From positions 1-64,000 of the IMG/VR virus record IMGVR_UViG_3300037467_002055: a stretch of 64,000 bases of DNA. One strand, 5' to 3'. Position numbers and translations under genes: made by a program. The stretch is from a virus (taxonomy: Duplodnaviria > Caudoviricetes). Shown in pieces: positions 17,422 through 24,939 of this stretch; the stretch's first letter is position 1; each line of letters opens with the position of its first letter. The notes under the pieces are model-generated. The model saw only the letters and a program-made list of their open reading frames with translations. It did no database searches and was not told the DNA's origin.

Positions 17422-17590
17422 TCTTGATGTAGGCCGGAGCTTTCGCTGGCATCACCGGCGCGGCCGGTGCTGCAGCTGCGACTGGCTTCTCGGCCGGCGC
17501 GGTAGCGGCGGCAGCTTCTGCCGCCTCGCGCTCGCGCGCGCGCTGCGCTGCAAGGACCAGCGCCGCGGCGCTGAACGTTACGTCAGCCAT
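17411..17590 (-). CDS. small Ala/Pro-rich protein
   Basis: GGAGG RBS inside upstream gene; TAATG overlap. Confidence 0.55.
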   Translation of the reverse strand: MADVTFSAAALVLAAQRAREREAAEAAAATAPAEKPVAAAAPAAPVMPAKAPAYIKIKP

Positions 17591-17907
17591 TAGTGATCCT
17601 CCAGGTTGAAGTAGATCGTGCGGTCGAACTGCTCGCCGTTGGCGCACACCACGCGCGCGGTGGCGCGCGGATTCTGTGCGTTGGTTGTGCCGGTCGTGAC
17701 GTTCAGCAGCGCGATCACGGTGGGCCCTTGGATGGTCGGGCCCTGCGTCGCCGTCATGCCGGTCAGGATTAGCGTGGCCGACGACGCCGACGTGCCGCGA
17801 TCGGACAAGTCCCTTGTGATGTCCCAGACGATGAAGTTGATGTCGTCCGGATCGACGTCGATGGTCCAGCCGAGAGGACCCTGGTACGGAGCGGTTGCGT
17901 TTGCCAT
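17590..17907 (-). CDS. putative small fibre/tail adaptor protein
   Basis: VDPDD.N...WD..RDL and V.C.NGEQFDRTIYF resemble small beta-rich phage adaptor proteins. Confidence 0.5.
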   Translation of the reverse strand: MANATAPYQGPLGWTIDVDPDDINFIVWDITRDLSDRGTSASSATLILTGMTATQGPTIQGPTVIALLNVTTGTTNAQNPRATARVVCANGEQFDRTIYFNLEDH

Positions 17908-17909
17908 AG

Positions 17910-18434
17910 TTAAAATCTCACTTTTTTGGTGCCGCCGGCGAATGTCACGACGCGCGTACCACCCTGGAAGATGACTTTGTGGGCTGCGTTGACATCCGCA
18001 GCATTGAACGTGACCTGGATCGGACCGGACGAGGCCACGTCAAAGGTCCCGACAAAATCTTTCGTTACTTTTGCCAGCACGTCGAACGTGCTGACGAAGT
18101 CTTTCGTCACGGTGCCCAGCACGTCGAACGTGCCTGAGAAGCTCTTGGTCACCGACCCCAGCACGTCGAACGTGCCTGAGAAGTTCTGTGCGACCGACCC
18201 CAGCACGTCGAAGGTGCCTGTGAAGTTTTGCGACACGGCGCCCAGCACGTCGAACGTGCCCGAGAAGCTCTGTACAACCGACCCCAGCACATCGAACGTA
18301 CCAGAGAAATTCTGCGTGACCGTCCCCAGCACGTCGAACGTGCCGGTGAAGTCCTGCGATACGGTCGTGGTACCACCTGCGGGCGCCGGGCTGTCACCGA
18401 GCGCGGTGGCGCCGAAAGTGTTGTAGCCAAACAT
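17910..18434 (-). CDS. beta-repeat fibre-like protein
   Basis: MFG..TFG..ALG N-terminus, then 8 x 14-aa repeats. Confidence 0.7.
   Translation of the reverse strand: MFGYNTFGATALGDSPAPAGGTTTVSQDFTGTFDVLGTVTQNFSGTFDVLGSVVQSFSGTFDVLGAVSQNFTGTFDVLGSVAQNFSGTFDVLGSVTKSFSGTFDVLGTVTKDFVSTFDVLAKVTKDFVGTFDVASSGPIQVTFNAADVNAAHKVIFQGGTRVVTFAGGTKKVRF
18030..18365 (-). repeat. 8 x 42-bp coding tandem repeat (TV.Q.FSGTFDVLG)
   Basis: Read directly; cccagcacgtcgaacgtgcc recurs every 42 bp on the + strand. Confidence 0.9.
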
Positions 18435-18444
18435 GGGCGCGCCT

Positions 18445-19656
18445 TTACTGGTGAATGTTGAATTGCGAAATCGGGTACGGGCTCAGGTCCGATGGCGCGT
18501 ACAGATGCCTTCCGTCAGGCGAGATCGCAATCCAGTTCGGCCCGATACTGCCGGCGGGCGTGGCGAAGTATGGCGATGCCTTGACCTTGGACGGAAACTT
18601 CGCGGTCAGCTGCCCGAACGTGCCCGACGCCGGGTTGTTGTCCCGCGTGAACTGGTCCAGCTGGCAGTTGTCGCTGCCGGCAAGGTACAGATTCGACCCA
18701 TCCGGCGAGATCATCACGCACCACGGGCCAGCGCTGGTGGAGGTGTAGTTGGCAATCTGCGTCAGTGAGCCGTCGCTCTGGTTGATGCTGTATGCCGTGA
18801 CCGAACCCTTGTCGCAAGCGACGTACAGGTGGCGGTCGTCCGGCGAAATGCACAACCAGGCTGGTTGGCCAGTCGGTGATGCGATGGAAGCCTGCGCCGG
18901 ATTGATCGACAGCTGGCCGTAGGTTCCCGAACCCGAGTTGTTGTCGCGGACCAGGCAGCTGATTTGCGGCGATGTCGTGGTGAAGTTACCCACGTACAGG
19001 TACTTGCCGGCGATGCCGCTGGAGCCGCTCTTCGTGATGACGATGTGGAAAGGGCTGCTGCATCCGGTTGGCGTAATGCTCGTCTGTCCTGAAAGGATCG
19101 TCACCTTGCCGTACGTTCCCGAGCCAGAATTGTTGTCACGCGCGAAGCAGTAGACCTTCGAATCCGTGTTCGCAGCAGCATAGATGTGCGCCCCGTCCGG
19201 CGAGATGCAGATGATGCCGCCGTTGGAGTTTGACGTTCCGACCGTGATGTTCGGCGCCGCCGCGAACGAGGTCAAGGCGCCTGTGGTCGCGTTCCGGTTG
19301 TACGTCTTGATTTCGCTGGTGCTGCCGAACGCCACATAGATGTGGGCCGCATCGGGCGACTCGACGATGTACTGCGGGCTGTAACCCGTGCACATCGGCG
19401 CCAGAGCGTCCAGGCGCGTCAGTACGCCCGTGACCGGGTCGCGAGAGTGCGCCGTCACGCCACTGGTAGTCGTATTGGCCGTATTGGCCGCGTACAGATG
19501 CTTCCCGTCGGCTGTAATGAAGATACGACCTGGATGGTAGTACGATCCGCCGCCGGTCTGACCGCTGTCCACCCAGCTGACCAGCGACAGCGTGCCCGGT
19601 CCCGGAGGAGTTGGCACGCCGCCGTTCGCGGAAAAAGCTACGCGACGGCGGCTCAT
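18445..19656 (-). CDS. beta-propeller (lactonase/YVTN-like) protein, putative receptor-binding head
   Basis: Repeated SPDG.H(I/L)Y blades; Ser/Thr/Gly-rich; TAATG overlap at 19656. Confidence 0.75.
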   Translation of the reverse strand: MSRRRVAFSANGGVPTPPGPGTLSLVSWVDSGQTGGGSYYHPGRIFITADGKHLYAANTANTTTSGVTAHSRDPVTGVLTRLDALAPMCTGYSPQYIVESPDAAHIYVAFGSTSEIKTYNRNATTGALTSFAAAPNITVGTSNSNGGIICISPDGAHIYAAANTDSKVYCFARDNNSGSGTYGKVTILSGQTSITPTGCSSPFHIVITKSGSSGIAGKYLYVGNFTTTSPQISCLVRDNNSGSGTYGQLSINPAQASIASPTGQPAWLCISPDDRHLYVACDKGSVTAYSINQSDGSLTQIANYTSTSAGPWCVMISPDGSNLYLAGSDNCQLDQFTRDNNPASGTFGQLTAKFPSKVKASPYFATPAGSIGPNWIAISPDGRHLYAPSDLSPYPISQFNIHQ

Positions 19657-20306
19657 TATGCGTACCCCACGCAGCGCCACAGCGAGTCGAGCGAATTCCA
19701 GACGAACGTGACCGACAGCTGCGTGCCGCTGGTCAAGCTCGTCGGCTTTGCGACCGAAGAGTCCTCGAACTTGGCGCCCCAGGCAAGGGAGACATTTGCC
19801 GTCGGCTTGAAGTGGAACGTGATCTGCTCGCCATGGTTCGGCGTGCCGGTCAGGTTGGTGGACATCGACGTGATGTTGCCGGACACCGGGTTGAGGATGA
19901 CCTCGTCGTAGTTGTCCGTGTTGATGGTCGGCGTCGCACTGAACGTGAGGGTGGTCACGCGCGGCGTGACGCGCTTGTTCGTCATCGTGACGGCGTTCTC
20001 TGCGTCGACGGCATACGCTGCCGGGTAGACGACCGTAACATCCTTGCTGCCCGAGGCGAACGTCACGGCGGCGCCAGAGTTGCTGCTGGAGATCAGGCCG
20101 TTGCGGGTCAGGACGCCGCTCGACAGCGTGTAATAGCCGACTTCCCAGGCGCCAGCCGAGTCCGGCCCGACCTTGATCGGGATGCGCGTCGTGCCGTCGG
20201 CATAGGCCGAGGTGAATGACTGGTAGTTCGTCGCCGCGCCACCCGGTGTGAACGACGCCGTGCTGGTGACGGTGGTCGTCTCCTTTACGTTGTCTTTGTA
20301 GTTCAC
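19656..20306 (-). CDS. putative virion fibre/linker protein
   Basis: DNVKETTT..S...F..WEVG.YT...L.R...SSN.G..V.F..G.K.V N-terminal domain typical of phage structural proteins; C-terminal WNS...WRCVG. Confidence 0.7.
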   Translation of the reverse strand: MNYKDNVKETTTVTSTASFTPGGAATNYQSFTSAYADGTTRIPIKVGPDSAGAWEVGYYTLSSGVLTRNGLISSSNSGAAVTFASGSKDVTVVYPAAYAVDAENAVTMTNKRVTPRVTTLTFSATPTINTDNYDEVILNPVSGNITSMSTNLTGTPNHGEQITFHFKPTANVSLAWGAKFEDSSVAKPTSLTSGTQLSVTFVWNSLDSLWRCVGYA

Positions 20307-20785
20307 GCTGCGGTGCTCCCCGATACGCGCACGGTGTAGCTGTCGCCGGTGATGGCCGGGCAGCCGGCGCTGATGGTGCGGCGCAGCCAGATCGCCTGGT
20401 GCTGGCCAGCCGGGATGTCGCCCAGCGTGATCGGGCCGGCGCCGAACGTCACACTGGTCGGGGCGGTGGTTTCGCTGCCCACCGTCTGCTCGGTGCCGTT
20501 GACCGCGCTGGTGCCGAGACCGATGTCGATGATGGACGTGGCATCGGGCGTGTCGCTCTGGATGTTGGCCGTCGCCCCGATCAGCGTAAGCGTGCCATGG
20601 TTGTTATGGATATAGACGCAGCGATATTCGACCAGGCCGGCCGTAGCCTGGGCCGCAGTGACCGTATCGAACAGGCCGGCAGGCGCAGCGTTGGACGACT
20701 TGGCGCCACCGAGCGAGGTGATGGCGGTGGCGTTGGACGCGCCCCCGGAAAGTCGTTGGATGATATCGGTGGAGGCGATGGCCAT
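20303..20785 (-). CDS. putative virion structural protein
   Basis: DI..RLSGGA.N...SLGG, LFD.V, EYRCVY..N.H, LG.IPAG...A.W.RR; AGGA RBS before 20785. Confidence 0.7.
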   Translation of the reverse strand: MAIASTDIIQRLSGGASNATAITSLGGAKSSNAAPAGLFDTVTAAQATAGLVEYRCVYIHNNHGTLTLIGATANIQSDTPDATSIIDIGLGTSAVNGTEQTVGSETTAPTSVTFGAGPITLGDIPAGQHQAIWLRRTISAGCPAITGDSYTVRVSGSTAA

Positions 20786-20820
20786 AGTGATGTCCTGTGT
20801 GTTGGTTCCAGAATGCAATA

Positions 20821-20849
20821 ATTCTGGCATGCTTCTTGCCCGAAGTAAA
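20821..20849 (-). promoter_or_regulatory. sigma70-like promoter of the accessory operon
   Basis: TTTACT-17 nt-CAGAAT on the minus strand; -10 overlapped by inverted repeat CCAGAAT/ATTCTGG (20808-20827). Confidence 0.55.
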
Positions 20850-20885
20850 GAAACAACGAGGAGGTGTTGACTCAAGAAAATATTT

Positions 20886-20914
20886 TTGACAGACAACGTA
20901 AGTTTGCTTACCCT
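20886..20914 (+). promoter_or_regulatory. sigma70-like promoter of the replication block
   Basis: TTGACA-17 nt-TACCCT; GTAAG-tttg-CTTAC inverted repeat. Confidence 0.55.
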
Positions 20915-20947
20915 GATGTTCCCTATCCACCCGAAAACAAACCTCAT

Positions 20948-21799
20948 ATGTGGCTCAAAAACGCAACCATCTACGGCATCTCGCCGAAAGCCCAATTCCC
21001 CGTCGAGCAGCTGCAGGCTGCTCGTTTTGTTCCGGTCGACAGCCTGCAGATGCAGTCGGTCGGCTTCTCGCCCGTGCGCGATGACGAACTGGCTTACAAG
21101 CAGGGCAAGCACACGCTGCTGCGCTTCACGGTTGAGAAGAAGCACATCCCGGGCTCAGCCGTGGCCGTGATGCTGGAGGAGAAATGCGCCGAGCTGGCGC
21201 GCGAGCAGAGCTTCCCGCCCGGCAAGAAGCAGCGCAAGGAGCTCAAGGAGCGGATCGTCGACGCGCTGCTGCCACGCGCACTGTCGACGCGCCGCACGAC
21301 GGCTGTCTGGATCGACCAGGACCAGCACCGCATCGTGATCGACTCGACGTCGGACTCGCTGTGCGACGAGATCGTCAAGGCGCTGATCAAGCTGTACCCG
21401 ACGATCGAGTTCCAGGATGCCCGCTGGCCGCGCGCCAAGGTCGTGACGACCTGGCTGGACGACGAGCCGCCCACCCACTTCACGGTCGACGACGCTGTCC
21501 AGCTGCAGTATCCGGGCGAGAAGGGCAAGCGCGTCAAGTTCGACCGGGCCAACCTCGATGCGCACGACGTGCAGACACACCTTGCGGCCGGCGCGTACGT
21601 CGACTCCGTGGCCATGACGTTCTCCAGCCGCCTGTCGTTCATCATGACCGACAACATGCGCATCCGCCGCATCAAGGCGCTGGACATCGTGCAGGAGGGG
21701 CGCGAGGCCGAGAGCGACGTCGACCGGTTCGACAGCGACTTCGCGCTGATGACGCGCGAGCTGGGCTGCCTGATCGACGCACTGGTGCAGGAGGCGTGA
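20948..21799 (+). CDS. rdgC: recombination-associated protein RdgC
   Basis: MWLKNAT.Y start, S.GF.P, EKK.IP, KK...ELKE.I...LLPRA, V..LA..W...L.F, D.DF.LM..EL..L...L. Confidence 0.85.
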   Translation: MWLKNATIYGISPKAQFPVEQLQAARFVPVDSLQMQSVGFSPVRDDELAYKQGKHTLLRFTVEKKHIPGSAVAVMLEEKCAELAREQSFPPGKKQRKELKERIVDALLPRALSTRRTTAVWIDQDQHRIVIDSTSDSLCDEIVKALIKLYPTIEFQDARWPRAKVVTTWLDDEPPTHFTVDDAVQLQYPGEKGKRVKFDRANLDAHDVQTHLAAGAYVDSVAMTFSSRLSFIMTDNMRIRRIKALDIVQEGREAESDVDRFDSDFALMTRELGCLIDALVQEA

Positions 21800-22107
21800 T
21801 GGGAATCCGAGAAATCGGCCCCGTGACCGAAGTCCGGCCGGGCCAGTGGATTTGCGAGACGCCGCTGCTGCGCGACCACATCTGCTCCGAGCCGCGCGAA
21901 GTCGTACGGCGCTCGGGCAAGCGCGTCTACTTCAAGAACCGCCACGGTGAGGACGATGGCGCGTACTGCTCGATCCGCAGCGTTCTCGCCCTGTGCGACA
22001 CGAAGGAGGAAGCTGACACGGTCTATGCCGTCAGCAAGATGCAGTTCGACGAGCTGAATGAGGTGCGCCGCCGGCACCAGGCCCACTTCAAGGCGCTGCT
22101 CGGATGA
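21799..22107 (+). CDS. hypothetical protein
   Basis: GGAGG RBS, TGATG overlap. Confidence 0.7.
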   Translation: MGIREIGPVTEVRPGQWICETPLLRDHICSEPREVVRRSGKRVYFKNRHGEDDGAYCSIRSVLALCDTKEEADTVYAVSKMQFDELNEVRRRHQAHFKALLG

Positions 22108-23192
22108 CCGCTTACTACAACGAATTCAACCCCGCGGCGGCCGCCACGCTGCGCAACCTGATCGCTGAAGGCCTGATTGCGCCGGGCGTGGTCGACGAAA
22201 GGAGCATTGCCGATGTCACACCCGGAGACCTTGCCGGATTCACCCAGTGTCACTTCTTTGCCGGCGTTGGGGGGTGGTCATACGCTCTCCGACTTGCAGG
22301 CGTCCCTGACGGCCGTCGAGTCTGGACGGGCAGCACTCCTTGCCAGCCTTTCTCCTCGGCAGGCGCAGGCGCTGGGTTTGATGACGAGCGGCACCTATGG
22401 CCCGCGTTCCATCATCATGTCCGCGTCGGACGCCCTCCAGAAGTCTTTGGAGAGCAGGTTGCAAGCAACCTTGTCGACCCATGGATCGACCTTGTACAAG
22501 TTGACATGGAAGGCCTGGGCTACGCCTTCGGGGCGCTCGCGTTCCCGTCTGCGGGGTGTGGCGCTCCGCACATCCGTGACCGGTGCTACTGGGGTGGCCG
22601 GCTGGGTGACGCCGACCTCGCGCGACTGGAAGGACTCGGGCGCGGACATCAAGCCGCGTCCGGACAACGGCAAGGAGCGGCTGGATCAGCTGCCGCGCCA
22701 GGCGAACCTGTGTGGCTGGCCGACGCCAATCGCGAAGGAAGCCAAGGCGGGGCTGCACTGCTCGAACCAGGTGACGACCGGCATGGCGGCGCAGCTGGCC
22801 GGCTGGCCGACGCCGCGCGCGGCGGACGGCCACAAGGGCACGGATCCTACGGCGGACACGCTGCGCGGGACGGACTTGCCGACCACGGCCAGCTGGACGA
22901 TCACGGGCCCGGCCCGGTTACGGGCTTCTGGCGAGATGCTGACTGGCTTGCATGCCGGGACGGCAAGTGGCGGCCTGTTGAGCCCAGCACACAGCCGCTG
23001 GCTCATGGGCTACCCCGCAGCCTGGGATCGGGCGTTCCCGGGCTGGCCGAGCTGGCGCGCGTGGCAGGACTTGATGCAAAGTCTCTCGCTGCAGCAAAAA
23101 GCTACCGCGTAGCCGCCCTGCACGGCTACGGCAACGCTATCAACCCGTACGCCGCGGCCGCTTTCCTCAAAGCATTTTACGGAGCAAACTGA
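22104..23192 (+). CDS. C5-cytosine DNA methyltransferase, alpha-type polypeptide (motifs I-VIII and X)
   Basis: FFAGVGGW (I), TGSTPCQPFS (IV), GEQV (VI), GAPHIRDR (VIII), L.GYGNAI (X); no motif IX in this frame. Confidence 0.85.
   Translation: MTAYYNEFNPAAAATLRNLIAEGLIAPGVVDERSIADVTPGDLAGFTQCHFFAGVGGWSYALRLAGVPDGRRVWTGSTPCQPFSSAGAGAGFDDERHLWPAFHHHVRVGRPPEVFGEQVASNLVDPWIDLVQVDMEGLGYAFGALAFPSAGCGAPHIRDRCYWGGRLGDADLARLEGLGRGHQAASGQRQGAAGSAAAPGEPVWLADANREGSQGGAALLEPGDDRHGGAAGRLADAARGGRPQGHGSYGGHAARDGLADHGQLDDHGPGPVTGFWRDADWLACRDGKWRPVEPSTQPLAHGLPRSLGSGVPGLAELARVAGLDAKSLAAAKSYRVAALHGYGNAINPYAAAAFLKAFYGAN
22381..23112 (+). CDS. overlapping alternative-frame methyltransferase beta-type polypeptide
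   Basis: Frame open 22177-23112; three GW(P/V)TP repeats and LSPAHSRWLMGYPAAW (motif IX-like); start uncertain. Confidence 0.65.
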   Translation: MTSGTYGPRSIIMSASDALQKSLESRLQATLSTHGSTLYKLTWKAWATPSGRSRSRLRGVALRTSVTGATGVAGWVTPTSRDWKDSGADIKPRPDNGKERLDQLPRQANLCGWPTPIAKEAKAGLHCSNQVTTGMAAQLAGWPTPRAADGHKGTDPTADTLRGTDLPTTASWTITGPARLRASGEMLTGLHAGTASGGLLSPAHSRWLMGYPAAWDRAFPGWPSWRAWQDLMQSLSLQQKATA

Positions 23193-23528
23193 ATGACCGC
23201 TGGAGTTCTGGGCCCCTGCGCCCGCCGCGTCGTGCGCTGCACGCTGATCACGCCGGCAGGCCACGTTATCATCGGCGAAAACTGGTGCATGAACCCGCAG
23301 CCGGCGTGCCCGCGCGCCGAGGGTGAAGGCTACGAGAAGTGCCAGACGATCTGCAATCAGGTCGGCCACGCCGAGGAGGTGGCCGTGCTGATGGCCGGCC
23401 CGTCCGCGCGCGGAGCGCATGCCTACGTCGAGAACCACACCTATGCCTGCCGCAACTGCCAGGAGACGCTGTTCGCGGCCGGCGTCGCCGCGCTGACCAT
23501 CGGCGCGCCACCATTGAAAGGAGACTGA
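23193..23528 (+). CDS. dCMP/cytidine deaminase-like protein
   Basis: GHAEE and ACRNC zinc motifs; extra Cys cluster. Confidence 0.7.
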   Translation: MTAGVLGPCARRVVRCTLITPAGHVIIGENWCMNPQPACPRAEGEGYEKCQTICNQVGHAEEVAVLMAGPSARGAHAYVENHTYACRNCQETLFAAGVAALTIGAPPLKGD

Positions 23529-23735
23529 ATGAAAAACCACACCGGCAGCACCCCGTTCGAATACGTCAAGCCGGCCCCGCTGAACGTGCGCCTGATCCTG
23601 CTGGAAGCCGACGGCAAGGTGTCCTTGGGTCCGTGGAAGGGCCCGCACGTCGGCAGCAACGACCGCCTCATCGGCTGGGCCGCGCTCCCGGCGCGCGACC
23701 TTGCGATCGAGCGCAAACTTGCGGAGCTGCGGTAA
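23529..23735 (+). CDS. hypothetical protein
   Basis: AAGGAG RBS. Confidence 0.65.
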   Translation: MKNHTGSTPFEYVKPAPLNVRLILLEADGKVSLGPWKGPHVGSNDRLIGWAALPARDLAIERKLAELR

Positions 23736-24163
23736 TGGCTATACAGCCGGAATTCCTGCTGGTGCAGAGGGACCTGGCCAAGGTGCAGGCGCTGTGCCTC
23801 CGGCTGGCGAATCCGCACTGGATGCCGCGGCCACAGTCCTGGATGTGGCTGCGCGGCGACGGCATGCCGCAGGGATTCGGCACGCTGGCGCACGAGCGCC
23901 CCGGGCTGGCCAACCTTCTGTGGCTGTCGCTGGATCTGGACGCGCCGCCGCGCACGTACGAGGCCCACATGAACAGCCTGTACGTCCTGCTGTTCCAGGA
24001 GGCCGAGTTCACGTTCATCGGCGGCACTTCGCTGGTTGACATCGCAGGCCTGTCGACTCTGCGCGAGTTCATCGACCGCCTGCCGATCGAGCCTGGCAAG
24101 CGCGGGCTGGAGCGCATGTTCCCACTGCTCCGGCTACTGGCTGAGAGGAGGCTGCCATGCTGA
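23735..24163 (+). CDS. hypothetical protein
   Basis: GGAG RBS, TAATG overlap. Confidence 0.65.
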   Translation: MAIQPEFLLVQRDLAKVQALCLRLANPHWMPRPQSWMWLRGDGMPQGFGTLAHERPGLANLLWLSLDLDAPPRTYEAHMNSLYVLLFQEAEFTFIGGTSLVDIAGLSTLREFIDRLPIEPGKRGLERMFPLLRLLAERRLPC

Positions 24164-24939
24164 CGGTCATCAGTAAAGCGGATGCGCGCGCAGCGGGGCT
24201 GAAGCGATATTTCACCGGCAAGCCGTGCCGGCGTGGGCATGTGTGCGAGCGCTACCTCACTGGCCACTGCGTGGAGTGCCAGGCGCTGTGTGGTCGTATC
24301 TGGCTGGAAAAGCACCCTGAACACCGTGCATGGCAAGCTGCGTACAGGGAAAGCCACAAGGCAATACAGAAAGTGGCTGCCAAGGTGTGGTATTTGGGCC
24401 ATAGGCAGCTGACCATTCAACGCACAAGGAGGTGGCGCAAAGCTGATCCAGATCGGTACAGGGCCTGGAGTGCGCGGCACTACAAAGAGAACCGATCAAG
24501 GATTCTTGAGCGTGCTCGGCAGGCTTATCGGCGCACGCCAGAAAAATTTTATGCGCGCTCCCTTCGCTGGGTCGAGCGTAACCGGGAGAAGGTTAATGCG
24601 GCGGCACGCAGGCGTTGGCTGTCCAACCCAGGAAAATACCGGGCTGCAGTTCGCAACCGACAGCTGCGGATAGCTGCCAGCGGCACGCTATCGCCGAGTC
24701 TGGTGCAGATGCTGATGGTTTCTCAGGCTGGGCGATGTGCCTGCCCCTGTCACAGCCTGTTAGCTGTGACCGGATACCACATGGACCATATCGTTCCGGT
24801 GTCTAAGGGCGGCGCAAACACGGACAGCAATATCCAACTGCTGACCCCACGATGCAACCAGCGAAAAGCTGCGAAAGATAACGCCACGTTCATGGAAGCC
24901 CAGGCGCGCAAGTACGGAGGCCGACATGATCACACTTGA
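24157..24939 (+). CDS. HNH homing endonuclease
   Basis: A.A.GL.RYFTGKPC..GH...RY...CVEC N-terminus; YHMDHIVPVSKGG.N..SN.QLL.P.CN..K; atypical codons. Confidence 0.85.
   Translation: MLTVISKADARAAGLKRYFTGKPCRRGHVCERYLTGHCVECQALCGRIWLEKHPEHRAWQAAYRESHKAIQKVAAKVWYLGHRQLTIQRTRRWRKADPDRYRAWSARHYKENRSRILERARQAYRRTPEKFYARSLRWVERNREKVNAAARRRWLSNPGKYRAAVRNRQLRIAASGTLSPSLVQMLMVSQAGRCACPCHSLLAVTGYHMDHIVPVSKGGANTDSNIQLLTPRCNQRKAAKDNATFMEAQARKYGGRHDHT

Noticed and set aside
18030-18365. Regular 42-bp repeats as a possible CRISPR array
   Set aside because: Repeats are contiguous and in frame with synonymous variation; there are no unique spacers and no cas genes
20864-20947. N-terminal extension of RdgC from GTG 20864
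   Set aside because: RdgC proteins begin at MW(F/L)KN and the extension spans the predicted promoter; a nearby GAGGAG means it is not fully excluded
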